Positions 18,611-27,743 are shown, numbered from the whole stretch's first letter. The stretch is 63,930 nt of DNA, filler included, from Actinomycetota bacterium (GCA_025963875.1; 7 parts of 7 records of this genome joined end to end with filler, not necessarily neighbours in it); one strand, 5' to 3'. Program-made: numbers and translations. The notes: generated from the sequence alone by a model not told the origin.

Positions 18611-19234
18611 TTATCGCGCTGCGCCGAGGGCTCGCAGAATCTCCGTGAACGACACGGCCCCTTCCCGCAGGAGGACCGGGGTGCGGTCGGTCAGACGGAC
18701 GACCGTCGAGGGCGGCCCCGCGTTGGCGGGACCGCCGTCGAGGTAGAGGGCGACGGCATCGGCGAACAGGGCGTGGATCTCGTCGATGGTGCCCGGCGTC
18801 GGCCGGCCCGAGAGGTTGGCGGAGCTCGTGGCCAGCGGGCCGGTCTCGGCGAGGAGGAGGGCAAGGGCGGGATGGTCCGGCACCCGGATGCCGACCGACG
18901 TCCCGTCCCCGCCGATCGCGGCGGTGAGAGACCGATCACGGGCAAGGACCATCGTCAGTGCCCCAGGCCAGAATGCGGCGGCGAGTGCTTCGGCCCGTTC
19001 GTCGAGAGGGGCGAGCGTCCGGGCCTGGTCGACGTCGGCCACCAGGACCGGCAGCGCCAGGCCAGAGGGCCGGGCCTTGGCTTCGAAGAGTGCCGCGAGG
19101 GCGGCCGGTCGGTCGAGGCGGGCGGCAATGCCGTAGACCGTATCCGTCGGGATCACGACGAGCCGCCCCTGCTCCGCCGCCGCTGCCGCCGCCTGTCGCG
19201 CCGCCGGGTCGGCGGCGTCGAGCACGGGGGTCAC
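18611..19234 (-). CDS. tsaC: L-threonylcarbamoyladenylate synthase (Sua5/YrdC/TsaC)
   Basis: PTDTVYGI, KAR, FWPGALT, SSANLSG, PSTVV. Confidence 0.92.
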   Translation of the reverse strand: MTPVLDAADPAARQAAAAAAEQGRLVVIPTDTVYGIAARLDRPAALAALFEAKARPSGLALPVLVADVDQARTLAPLDERAEALAAAFWPGALTMVLARDRSLTAAIGGDGTSVGIRVPDHPALALLLAETGPLATSSANLSGRPTPGTIDEIHALFADAVALYLDGGPANAGPPSTVVRLTDRTPVLLREGAVSFTEILRALGAAR

Positions 19235-19251
19235 CGGCTCACCTGGTAACA

Positions 19252-20544
19252 ATGGGGTCGGACATGGACGGACGGAAGCCGAAGGTCGTGATCCTGGGCG
19301 GAGGCTTCGGCGGCCTCGCCGCCGCCCGGGAGCTGCGCGACGCCCCGGTGTCGGTCACGCTGGTGGACCGCCGCAATCACCACCTGTTCCAGCCGCTCCT
19401 CTACCAGGTCGCCACGGCGTCGCTCAACGCCAGCGACGTCGCTGAGCCCATCCGGAAGGTGCTCGCCGACCAGCCCAACACCGAGGTCCTGCTCGCCGAG
19501 GTGGACCGCATCGACGTCGATGCCAAGACGCTGACGTTCACCGACGGCGACGGGCTGGGCTACGACTACCTTATCGTCGCGGCCGGGGCCACCCACTCCT
19601 ACTTCGGCCATGACGAATGGGAGGAGAACGCCCCCAGCATGAAGAACATCGAGGATGCCCTCGATGTGCGGCGCCGCCTGCTGCTCGCCTTCGAGGCCGC
19701 CGAGCGTGCGAAGGACCCGGAGTCCCGGGAGGCGTGGCTCACCTTCGTCATCGTCGGCGGCGGGCCGACCGGCGTGGAACTCGCCGGCTCCCTCGCAGAG
19801 ATGGCCCGGCATGCCCTCAAAGGCGAGTTCCGCCACTTCGAACCGGCGACGGCACGGGTCGTCCTCATCGAGGGCCTCGAGCGTGTCCTCCCGGGGTTCC
19901 CCCCCAAGCTCTCGGCGTGGGCGCGCAAGGACCTCGAGAGCATGGGTGTCGAGGTGCAGACGGGGACCATGGTGAAGTCGATCGACGAGTATGGCGTCGA
20001 CCTGGACGGGCACCGGATCAAATCCCGGACCGTGCTCTGGGCGGCCGGCGTGCGGGCGTCGCCCATCGGGGAGTCCCTGGGGGCCGAGTTGGATCGGTCG
20101 GGCCGCGTGACCGTGGAGCCCGACCTGTCGCTGCCCGGGCATCGGGAGGTCTTCGTGGTCGGCGATCTCGCCCTCGTGGTGCAAGACGGCAAGCCCGTCC
20201 CGGGGGTCGCCCAGGCGGCCCTCCAGGGTGGACGGCACGCGGCGTCGTGCATCGTGGCGTCGCTGTCCGGCAAGCCCTCGACGCCCTTCCGCTACAAGGA
20301 CAAGGGCATGCTGGCCGCCATCGGCCGGGCTGCCGCCGTCGCCGACCTTCCCAACGTCGAGTTGACGGGCTCTGTCGCCTGGGTGATCTGGGCTCTGGTC
20401 CACATCTACTTCCTGATCGGGTTCCGCAACCGTCTGTTCGTCATGGCCAGCTGGTCGTATGCCTTCCTGACACACGACCGGGGGGCCCGCCTCATCACGG
20501 GATCGCCACAGGTCCGGAGCCGCTGGGAAAAACCGCGCTACTGA
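19252..20544 (+). CDS. ndh: Type II NADH:quinone oxidoreductase
   Basis: GGGFGG, HLFQPLLYQVAT, GGGPTGVELAG, WAAGV, YKDKG, IGFRNR. Confidence 0.93.
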   Translation: MGSDMDGRKPKVVILGGGFGGLAAARELRDAPVSVTLVDRRNHHLFQPLLYQVATASLNASDVAEPIRKVLADQPNTEVLLAEVDRIDVDAKTLTFTDGDGLGYDYLIVAAGATHSYFGHDEWEENAPSMKNIEDALDVRRRLLLAFEAAERAKDPESREAWLTFVIVGGGPTGVELAGSLAEMARHALKGEFRHFEPATARVVLIEGLERVLPGFPPKLSAWARKDLESMGVEVQTGTMVKSIDEYGVDLDGHRIKSRTVLWAAGVRASPIGESLGAELDRSGRVTVEPDLSLPGHREVFVVGDLALVVQDGKPVPGVAQAALQGGRHAASCIVASLSGKPSTPFRYKDKGMLAAIGRAAAVADLPNVELTGSVAWVIWALVHIYFLIGFRNRLFVMASWSYAFLTHDRGARLITGSPQVRSRWEKPRY

Positions 20545-20567
20545 CATCCCAGTGGCATCATGGCCGT

Positions 20568-21824
20568 ATGGGCCGCGTGCGGCTTGGGGTGAAGATGGCC
20601 TTGGTGGCTGTCAGCGTCCTCGTCCCGGTGGCCCTGGTGGAGGCGGGGAGTGCGAATGCTGCCGGCAGACCGCCGGTGCTCAGACTCTCCCTGACCGGCG
20701 TCGTCGACCCGTTCATGGCGTCGTACATCCAGCGTGGGATCCATGCGGCGGCGAGCGGGCACGATAGCGCAGTCGCCATCACGATCGACACGCCGGGCGG
20801 TCTCGACTCGTCCATGCGGGAGATCGTCCGATCGATCCTTTCCTCGCCCGTCCCGGTGATCTGCTACGTCCCACCCGGGGGCCGGGCGGCGTCGGCGGGG
20901 ACGTTCGTCATGCTGGCCTGCGCCGAAAACGGCATGGCGCCGGGCTCGGCCATCGGGGCCGCCCATCCCGTGGGGGTGTCCGGCGCCATCGAGCAGGCGA
21001 AGGTCACCAACGACGCCGCGGCGTTCATCCGGAGCCTCGCCCAGCGCCAGGGCCGCAATGCCGACTGGGCCGAGAAGGCCGTGCGGGACTCGATCAGCGC
21101 CGACGCGGCGTCGGCCCTCAACCTGCACGTCGTCGATCGCGTGGCCCCCAGCCTGCAGGACATGCTGCCCAACGGGGATCAGCTCGTCTCGTTCCACCGG
21201 TCGCTCGCCGAGAGCTTCTTCCATGGATTCGCCGATCCCGATGTGGCGTTCATCCTGCTGGACATCGGCTTCCTGGCCCTGATCGTGTGGGCGTTCCACC
21301 CCGGATTCCACGTCCCGCTGGCGGTCGGGGTGGTCTCGTCCGCGCTGGGGCTGGCCATCCTCGAGACTCTGCCGGTGCGCCTGGCGGGCTTCGGTCTGCT
21401 GTTCGTCGCCGCCGTCCTCTTCGTCCTCGACCTCAAGGCGAAGGCGCACGGCGTCCTGACCGCCGGCGGCATTGTCGTGTTCATCCTCGGCGGCCTCCTG
21501 CTGTTCAACCCGTCCGTTCCGAATGCCCGGGTCTCGCCGGCGTTGCTCTTCACGCTGCCGGTGGTCGTGGGCGTCGTCAGCGCCTTCCTCATCCGAGCGC
21601 TGCTGGCCGCCAAGCGGACGCCGCTGCGGGCCGGCCCCCAGGTGCTGATGGGGGCGCACGGCGTCGCGGAGACGGCGCTGGACCCGCTCGGCCGGGTCCG
21701 CGTCCGGGGTGAGTCCTGGTCGGCGGAATCGGTGGGCGACCCCGTCCCGGCCGGCACGCCGGTCCTCGTCATCGCCGTCCGGGGCTTGACCCTCGACGTT
21801 TTTCCGGAAGGAGGCAGTGTATGA
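20568..21824 (+). CDS. nfeD: NfeD membrane-bound serine protease
   Basis: DTPGG, AASAG, IGAAHP, TM bundle, C-terminal OB fold GRVRVRGESWSA; ATGA overlap with SPFH gene. Confidence 0.93.
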   Translation: MGRVRLGVKMALVAVSVLVPVALVEAGSANAAGRPPVLRLSLTGVVDPFMASYIQRGIHAAASGHDSAVAITIDTPGGLDSSMREIVRSILSSPVPVICYVPPGGRAASAGTFVMLACAENGMAPGSAIGAAHPVGVSGAIEQAKVTNDAAAFIRSLAQRQGRNADWAEKAVRDSISADAASALNLHVVDRVAPSLQDMLPNGDQLVSFHRSLAESFFHGFADPDVAFILLDIGFLALIVWAFHPGFHVPLAVGVVSSALGLAILETLPVRLAGFGLLFVAAVLFVLDLKAKAHGVLTAGGIVVFILGGLLLFNPSVPNARVSPALLFTLPVVVGVVSAFLIRALLAAKRTPLRAGPQVLMGAHGVAETALDPLGRVRVRGESWSAESVGDPVPAGTPVLVIAVRGLTLDVFPEGGSV

Positions 21825-22762
21825 ACGGCTTGATCATTGCAGGCATCATCGCCGTGGTGGTGATCGTGATCCTTGCCAAGGCGATCAAGGTGGTGCGCGA
21901 GTACCAGCGCATCGTGCTGTTCCGGCTGGGCCGTGCCATCGGCCTGCGGGGGCCGGGGCTGGTGTTGATCTTCCCCGTCTTCGACCGGGCGTCCTGGGTC
22001 GACCTCAGGGAGCAGTACCTGGAGATCCCGAAGCAGACGGCCATCACGAAGGACAACGCCGCCATCAACATCGATTTCATCATTTTCTACAAGGTCATCG
22101 ACGCCACGATGTCGGTACTGGAAGTGCAGAACTTCGCCGGCGCCGCCCAGAACATCGCCGCGACGACGCTGCGCAGCGTCGTGGGTGACATGTCGCTGGA
22201 CGAGATCCTGTCCAAGCGGGACCAGATGAACCAGGTCCTCCAGGTGAAGCTCGACGAGGTGACGGAGCGCTGGGGCGTGAAGGTGGGCAACGTCGAGGTG
22301 CGGGAGATCGTCCCTCCCGCGCCGGTCCTCGACGCTATGACCCGCCAGATGTCGGCGGAGCGGACCCGCCGGGCGGTCGTCACCGAGGCCGAGGGCTCGA
22401 AGCAATCGGCCATCACGGTGGCCGAGGGCCAGAAGCAGGCGGCGATCCTCTCCGCCGAAGGCGACCGCCAGGCCGCCATCCTGCGGGCCGAGGGCTTCTC
22501 GCTGGCCCTGGACAAGATCTTTCACGTGGCCCGGACGCTCGATGCCAACACCATGAGCCTGCAGTACCTCGACGCCCTGAAGCAGATTGGGGCGTCCCCA
22601 TCGACGAAGTTCGTCGTCCCGATGGAACTGTCGGGCCTGCTCAGCTCGGTGACGGGCCTCACGGGCAAGGCGTTCAGCGGGAACGGGCGCGAGTCGGGGG
22701 CCGAAGCTCGGGGGCCGGAGGATGCCCCGACCAGACCAGCCGGTCTGCCGGAGAGAGGCTGA
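21821..22762 (+). CDS. SPFH/stomatin (band 7) protein
   Basis: EYQRIVLFRLGR, ITKDN, TTLRSVVG, WGVKV, QMSAER. Confidence 0.95.
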   Translation: MNGLIIAGIIAVVVIVILAKAIKVVREYQRIVLFRLGRAIGLRGPGLVLIFPVFDRASWVDLREQYLEIPKQTAITKDNAAINIDFIIFYKVIDATMSVLEVQNFAGAAQNIAATTLRSVVGDMSLDEILSKRDQMNQVLQVKLDEVTERWGVKVGNVEVREIVPPAPVLDAMTRQMSAERTRRAVVTEAEGSKQSAITVAEGQKQAAILSAEGDRQAAILRAEGFSLALDKIFHVARTLDANTMSLQYLDALKQIGASPSTKFVVPMELSGLLSSVTGLTGKAFSGNGRESGAEARGPEDAPTRPAGLPERG

Positions 22763-22775
22763 GAGAGCACCTGTG

Positions 22776-22831
22776 GGAATTCTGTGAGCACAAAACGGCG
22801 TCCCAACGTCATCCTGTGCTCAAAGAGTTCC
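22776..22831. repeat. Palindromic element (related copy at ~30514)
   Basis: GGAATTCTGTGAGCACA ... TGTGCTCAAAGAGTTCC, 15/17 complementary. Confidence 0.7.
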
Positions 22832-22874
22832 GATCCCCTGTGCCCAGCCGTAGCAGAGATGCCACAGTTTCTCC

Positions 22875-23129
22875 ATGGTCGATATCCCCGCTCGTGACCT
22901 ACGCAACGACGTCAGTGCGGTACTCCGCCGCGTCGAGGCCGGTGAGCATTTACGCGTGACGGTGAGCGGCCGCCCAGTCGCCGAGATCGTGCCCTTGCCG
23001 AAACGGCCACGGTCGATCCCCTGGGACGCCTTCATCCAGGGAAGTGAACGCTGGCGAGCGGATCCTGGGTTACTCGACGAGCTCGAGGATCTCTTGCCGG
23101 GCACGACCGACGATCTCCCAATGGCATGA
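22875..23129 (+). CDS. vapB: Phd/YefM-family antitoxin
   Basis: IPARDLRN..VLRRVEAGE...VTVSGRPVAEIVP; ATGA overlap with PIN toxin. Confidence 0.92.
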   Translation: MVDIPARDLRNDVSAVLRRVEAGEHLRVTVSGRPVAEIVPLPKRPRSIPWDAFIQGSERWRADPGLLDELEDLLPGTTDDLPMA

Positions 23130-23536
23130 CTGCCCGCACAGGCGGGACGGGCGCCGAAGAGGCACTTGCCGACACATCGGTCTTCGTTGCGGTCGAGCAG
23201 GACCGGCCACTTTCTGGCCCCCCACCCGAGCGCGTCGCCGTATCAGTGATCACAGTCGGTGAGCTCCGCCTCGGGGTCCTGGGGGCGGACAGCGGGTCAG
23301 TACGGGCGCGGCGCTTGGAGACCCTGTCGGCGGCAGAGGCGCTTGACCCCCTGCCTATCGAAGCGCGGGTTGCCCACGCCTGGGCCGCCCTGCGCCTCGC
23401 ACTGCGCGATGCGGGGAAGCGAATGCCCATCAACGACTCCTGGATCGCGGCCACCGCGATCGCCAATGGCATGCCCGTCGCCTCCCAGGACGAGGACTAC
23501 GACGACGTGCCCGGGCTCGAGGTCATCCGAGTCTGA
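23126..23536 (+). CDS. vapC: VapC PIN-domain toxin
   Basis: DTSV, ITVGEL, INDSWIAATA, QDEDY acidic residues. Confidence 0.93.
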   Translation: MTARTGGTGAEEALADTSVFVAVEQDRPLSGPPPERVAVSVITVGELRLGVLGADSGSVRARRLETLSAAEALDPLPIEARVAHAWAALRLALRDAGKRMPINDSWIAATAIANGMPVASQDEDYDDVPGLEVIRV

Positions 23537-23564
23537 GCCCGGGTCCGTCCATCGGCGAGATAGC

Positions 23565-23703
23565 GGAATGGTCAGGATGTTGTCGCAGTTCACCACACTG
23601 GCTTGGGGGGAGGCCCTGAGACTGACCGACATCGACCTCGGATCGGATGCCTTGGATCGTGCGGGTGACAGGGGTGCAAGTCACCGATCGGAGCACTGCG
23701 ATC
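23565..23703 (-). pseudogene. PemK/MazF toxin remnant (5'-truncated, frameshifted)
   Basis: Manual translation IAVLRSVTCTPVTRTIQGIRSEVDVGQSQGLP, shift in a C6 run, QASVVNCDNILTIP. Confidence 0.8.
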
Positions 23704-23706
23704 CTG

Positions 23707-23792
23707 TGCCGGGAAGGGGACTTGAACCCCTACGGGCCGAAGCCCAATGCGGTTTGAGCGCATCGCGTCTGCCGATATTCCGCCATCCCGGC
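23707..23792 (-). tRNA. tRNA-Leu(CAA)
   Basis: GCCGGGA acceptor, anticodon arm ATGCG-CTCAAAC-CGCAT, variable arm GGGC-TTCG-GCCC, GGTTCAAGTCC T arm; CCA not encoded. Confidence 0.95.
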
Positions 23793-23855
23793 CAAATAAC
23801 TCAACTGGTATATTATGCCGCACCAACTCGCTGAGCAGTCGAAGTCTAGTCGGCA

Positions 23856-24596
23856 TCAGACCTTTGGCCCGATCACGGAGTCCAGTTTGGCGACGTCGCC
23901 TGATCGCGAGACGGAGATGGTCACGGAGTTCGATTGCGTCCACCGGACACCGAAGTCATCGCACGCCCTACAGAAGATAGCCCTGATGTCGGGGGAAAAG
24001 TTGGTGAACTGGTACCGAGGGTACTCATAGGGCACCCCTCTGGTCCTCACCCTGTTGATCCCACGGCAGCCGTCGGAGTGGATGAGACCGCGCAATAAGC
24101 GGGCCGGATGATTTCCAACTATGTCGACTTGCCACTCAGCCAGCTCGATCTTGCGGCGGTGTTTCATTCCCGGGCCGTGTTGCGGGAAAAGGCAAGGCCA
24201 ATGCTTCCAGCACGAGTAGACCTCCACGCAGCGATCCTGACGCTGCCGGGCGCCAATGCGACCCTCGACTCGCACGGCCGCCATCGCGTCCCGTGCCTCA
24301 CCGAGAATGCCTGGATAGCCGGCATCGAGGTAGACGCTGAGTCTGAACACTCGACGCGGGCATTCGACGATGTGCCCGTCCCCCAGGTAGAGCCCCAACA
24401 GGTATGCGTAGGCTTCAGGACCGAGGTTGGCGGCATTGCCACACAGTGGGCAGAGATGCGGCTGCTGTGCAGGGGGCTGAGTCCGCCAGTTGCGGACCGT
24501 CGTCAGCGGCACGCCGGTCTGCCGGACGATCTCACAGTTGTTGGCGCCGGATGCTATCAGCGCCCGCACAGCCTCTCGGTCTTCGAGCGATCGCAT
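23856..24596 (-). CDS. HTH + double LAGLIDADG-like homing-endonuclease-fold protein
   Basis: N-terminal HTH (CEIVRQTGVPLTTVRNW), CPLC, motifs AYLLGLYLGDG and LLRGLIHSDG, YPRYQFTN. Confidence 0.88.
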   Translation of the reverse strand: MRSLEDREAVRALIASGANNCEIVRQTGVPLTTVRNWRTQPPAQQPHLCPLCGNAANLGPEAYAYLLGLYLGDGHIVECPRRVFRLSVYLDAGYPGILGEARDAMAAVRVEGRIGARQRQDRCVEVYSCWKHWPCLFPQHGPGMKHRRKIELAEWQVDIVGNHPARLLRGLIHSDGCRGINRVRTRGVPYEYPRYQFTNFSPDIRAIFCRACDDFGVRWTQSNSVTISVSRSGDVAKLDSVIGPKV

Positions 24597-24620
24597 GAGC
24601 AGCCCCGTCCTGGCCGGTAA

Positions 24621-24636
24621 TCGAACGTCTGTTCGA
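24621..24636. promoter_or_regulatory. LexA (SOS) box
   Basis: TCGAACGTCTGTTCGA is a perfect match to actinobacterial TCGAAC-N4-GTTCGA, 24 nt upstream of the LAGLIDADG-like ATG. Confidence 0.88.
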
Positions 24637-24701
24637 TCTTACCCTCGAATAGGATCTCCCCCCGGATGTACAATCGTCCTATTAGGAGGGCGAGCGGCCA
24701 G

Positions 24702-26414
24702 ATGGCTGATCGGGACTTCGACGTCGTCGTGGTGGGCAGCGGGTTCGGCGGCAGCACCGCCGCGCTGCGGCTCACCGAGAAGGGGTACCGGGTCGCGGTC
24801 CTCGAGGCCGGCCGGCGCTTCGACGAGACCACCTATCCCAAGACGTCGTGGCGGACCCGCTCCTTTTTCTGGGCCCCCAGATTGGGCTGCACGGGCCTCC
24901 AGCGCATCACCCTCCTGCGGGACGTCATGGTGCTCTCGGGGGCCGGCGTCGGCGGCGGGTCGCTCGTCTACGCCAACACCCTCTACGAACCCCTGCCTGC
25001 CTTCTACGCCGACCCGCAGTGGGCGCACATCACCGACTGGGCTGCCGAGCTTGCCCCCTACTACGACCAGGCCCGGCGGATGCTCGGCGTCGTCCCCAAC
25101 CCGACCATGACCCCGGCCGACGAGGTGATGCGGGACGTCGCCGAGGAGATGGGCGTCGGGGACACCTTCCACACCGCCCCGGTCGGCGTGTACTTCGGAC
25201 CGCCCGGAACGGCGCCGGGGACCGAGACCGACGATCCCTTCTTCGGGGGCGCCGGGCCCGCACGGCGCACCTGCATCGAGTGCGGCGAGTGCATGACGGG
25301 CTGCCGGCACGGCGCCAAGAACACCCTGCTCAAGAACTACCTGTACCTGGCGGAGCAGGCGGGGGCGACCGTCGTCCCGCTCACCACCGTGACTGCGATC
25401 CGGCCGGACGAGAGTGGCTACCTCATCGAAACGCAGGCAACGGGAACCTGGAGCCGAACCAAAAAACAGACCTACCGGGCCCCCCAGGTCGTTCTGGCCG
25501 CGGGCGCCCTCGGCACCCAGCGGCTCCTGCACCGCATGCGGGACGACGGCGTCCTGCCCGACCTGTCGGCCCGCCTCGGGGAGCTGACCAGGACGAACTC
25601 AGAGGCCATCCTCGGCGCCCGGACCTTCCATAGCGACGAGGACTTCACCCGTGGCGTCGCCATCACGTCGTCGTTCCACCCCGACGAGCACACCCACGTC
25701 GAGCCGGTCCGCTACGGGAAGGGCAGCAACGCCATGGGCCTGCTGGGCACGGCGCTGGCCGACGGCGACAAGGGACCACGCCCGCTCGCCTGGCTGCGGG
25801 AGGTCGCCCGACACCCGGCGATGGTCGCCCGCGATCTCAGCCTGCGGCGCTGGTCGGAGCAGACGATCATCGCCCTCGTCATGCAGACCCGCGACAACTC
25901 CATCACGTGCCATCTCAAGCGGGGGCTCCTCGGCCGCCGCCTGACGAGCAAGCCCGGCCACGGCGAGCCCAACCCCACCTGGATCCCCGTCGCCCACGAC
26001 GTCGTGCGCCGGATCGCCCAGCGCATCGGCGGCCTCGCCGGAGGCGGCATCAACGACGTCGCCAACATCCCCATGACCGCCCACATCATCGGCGGGGCCG
26101 TGATCGGCGACTCGCCAGCCACGGGCGTCGTCGACCCGTGGCAGCGGGCGTACGGGCACGAGGGCATCCACGTCGTCGACGGCTCTGCCGTCTCGGCCAA
26201 CCTCGGCGTGAATCCTGCCCTCACCATCTGCGCCCAGGCCGAGCGGGCGATGGCGTTCTGGCCGAACAACGGCGACGCCGACCCCGGCCTCCCCTCGGCT
26301 CGGCCTACGAGCGTGTCGAACCGGTCCCGCCCATCGAGCCGACGGTGCCCCCGACAGCGCCGGGGGCGCTCCACCTGCCCATCAGGCCCCAAGGAGGAAG
26401 CCCATGACCACTGA
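24702..26414 (+). CDS. choD: Cholesterol oxidase (GMC oxidoreductase), apparent frameshift near C-terminus
   Basis: GSGFGGS, GAGVGGGSLVYANTLY, CIECGECMTGCRHGAKN, TAHIIGG, NLGVNP; the expected tail RPPLGSAYERV continues in another frame to 26407. Confidence 0.9.
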   Translation: MADRDFDVVVVGSGFGGSTAALRLTEKGYRVAVLEAGRRFDETTYPKTSWRTRSFFWAPRLGCTGLQRITLLRDVMVLSGAGVGGGSLVYANTLYEPLPAFYADPQWAHITDWAAELAPYYDQARRMLGVVPNPTMTPADEVMRDVAEEMGVGDTFHTAPVGVYFGPPGTAPGTETDDPFFGGAGPARRTCIECGECMTGCRHGAKNTLLKNYLYLAEQAGATVVPLTTVTAIRPDESGYLIETQATGTWSRTKKQTYRAPQVVLAAGALGTQRLLHRMRDDGVLPDLSARLGELTRTNSEAILGARTFHSDEDFTRGVAITSSFHPDEHTHVEPVRYGKGSNAMGLLGTALADGDKGPRPLAWLREVARHPAMVARDLSLRRWSEQTIIALVMQTRDNSITCHLKRGLLGRRLTSKPGHGEPNPTWIPVAHDVVRRIAQRIGGLAGGGINDVANIPMTAHIIGGAVIGDSPATGVVDPWQRAYGHEGIHVVDGSAVSANLGVNPALTICAQAERAMAFWPNNGDADPGLPSARPTSVSNRSRPSSRRCPRQRRGRSTCPSGPKEEAHDH

Positions 26415-26483
26415 GATCGCCAAGACCGTCGCCATGCTGCGCGACACGTTCGACTCGGGACAGACGCGCTCCGCCGCCTGGCG
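26404..26483 (+). CDS. Aldehyde dehydrogenase N-terminus (contig-truncated)
   Basis: SD AGGAGG; MTTEIAKTVAMLRDTFDSGQTRSAAW resembles the class-3 ALDH start. Confidence 0.7.
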
Positions 26484-26583
26484 NNNNNNNNNNNNNNNNN
26501 NNNNNNNNNNNNNNNNNNNNNNNNNNNTTAATTAATTAANNNNNNNNNNNNNNNNNNNNNNNNNNNNNNNNNNNNNNNNNNNN
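26484..26583. other. Artificial contig linker
   Basis: N-TTAATTAATTAA-N. Confidence 0.99.
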
Positions 26584-26963
26584 TGATCCTCACGGACTCT
26601 GCAGCGGACAGCCCCCAGCGGGTGCCGCTGAGCGGGATGGGGACGACGACACCGCCGGCGCCGGGCCCGACCCCGAGCCCGATTGTGGGACCAACGCCCG
26701 GTGGGACCACCGGCTACTGGCTGGTGGCCTCGGACGGCGGGATCTTCAACTACGGCGACGCCGCGTTCCTCGGCTCCACCGGGGCCATCCACCTCAACAA
26801 GCCCATCGTGGCCATGGCCCCCGCTCCGTCCGGCAGGGGCTACTGGCTGGTGGCCTCGGACGGCGGTATCTTCAACTACGGCGACGGGCCCTTCCTCGGC
26901 TCCACGGGCTCTATCCACCTGAACAATCCCATCGTGGGGATGGGGGCCTCCCCGACCGGCTGA
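26584..26963 (+). CDS. C-terminus of surface protein with two [12 protein letters not shown] repeats (5'-truncated)
   Basis: Pro/Thr linker then 2 x ~42-aa repeat, same family as in 60825..63455. Confidence 0.88.
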
Positions 26964-27157
26964 GGTTCACACGCTGGGAGCGCTGAACCGTTGCCGAGAG
27001 GCCGTGACTGGCGTACGATCAACCCAGACCCCTCAAAGGGTCACCTCTGCTCCGGACCGCGGCAGGCGTAGTCAGGCGCACTCCGGTCCTCGGTGACGTC
27101 CATCCCCAATTGGCTGGGCACAGACCGTCCTCATTTGAGTAGAGAAACGGAGACGAC

Positions 27158-27259
27158 ATGGGCTTCCTCCCCTGGATCGCGCTCGGCATGATCGTCAAGA
27201 TCCTTGCCAAGGTCATCGCCGAGAAGCTGGTAGCTGTTGTCGTGGGCATTGTCCATTAG
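27158..27259 (+). pseudogene. 33-aa hydrophobic ORF, possible GlsB/YeaQ/YmgE remnant
   Basis: SD GGAG; MGFLPWIALGMIVKILAKVIAEKLVAVVVGIVH resembles the family N-terminus but is short. Confidence 0.4.
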
Positions 27260-27369
27260 GGCCCTCCGGTTGTGGTCAGGGATCGAGATTCTGCCCGTGG
27301 CCCGCTCTCCGCCAAGGGTCGGCGCAGAATCCGTACAGCTTGCACGTCATCACTCACAGGAGGACTGCC

Positions 27370-27546
27370 TTGACACAGTACGGCGAAGAGATTCGGTTGG
27401 AAGAGCTCGAGCAAGAGCAGGCATCGGAGCTTCCGGGTCGTGATCTGTTGGTGGGCATCTCCCTACTGGGGATCCCGCTCCTCGGACTCGACGGCCTCAC
27501 CTTCGCCGTCAACACAAGCGGCCCCAACTGGCTGCTCTCGGCCTAG
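27370..27546 (+). CDS. Putative precursor peptide A1 (58 aa; acidic leader + hydrophobic core)
   Basis: SD AGGAGGA + TTG; MTQYGEEIRLEELEQEQASELPGRDLL-VGISLLGIPLLGLDGLTFAVNTSGPNWLLSA. Confidence 0.85.
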   Translation: MTQYGEEIRLEELEQEQASELPGRDLLVGISLLGIPLLGLDGLTFAVNTSGPNWLLSA

Positions 27547-27569
27547 CCAATACTCATAGGAGGACTGCC

Positions 27570-27740
27570 TTGACACAGTACGGCGAAGAGATTCCGTTCG
27601 AAGAGCTCGAGCAAGAGGAGGCATCGGAGCTTCCGGGTCGTGATCTGCTGATGAGCATCTCGGTGCCAGGAATCCCGATGCTCGGATTCAACGGCCTGAC
27701 CTGCACGATCAATGCGAGCGGGCTCCTAGGGTCGCTTTAG
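27570..27740 (+). CDS. Putative precursor peptide A2 (56 aa; not in ORF track)
   Basis: Same SD and TTG exactly 200 nt downstream; MTQYGEEIPFEELEQEEASELPGRDLL-MSISVPGIPMLGFNGLTCTINASGLLGSL; stop 3 nt before the protease ATG. Confidence 0.85.
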   Translation: MTQYGEEIPFEELEQEEASELPGRDLLMSISVPGIPMLGFNGLTCTINASGLLGSL

Positions 27741-27743
27741 GCG

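Noticed and set aside
20568..22762. nfeD-SPFH pair as a novel system
   Set aside because: Well-known conserved operon.
23856..24596. Intein or group I intron
   Set aside because: No splice motifs or host exteins, and the tRNA is uninterrupted.
27352..27740. 200-nt tandem duplication as CRISPR or a non-coding repeat
   Set aside because: Both units have SD, start codon and an intact frame; better explained as duplicated peptide genes.
27370..27740. Assignment to a known RiPP class (lanthipeptide, lasso peptide, daptide, thiopeptide)
   Set aside because: No class-defining enzyme on the contig; no C-terminal Thr and no Cys/Ser-rich core.
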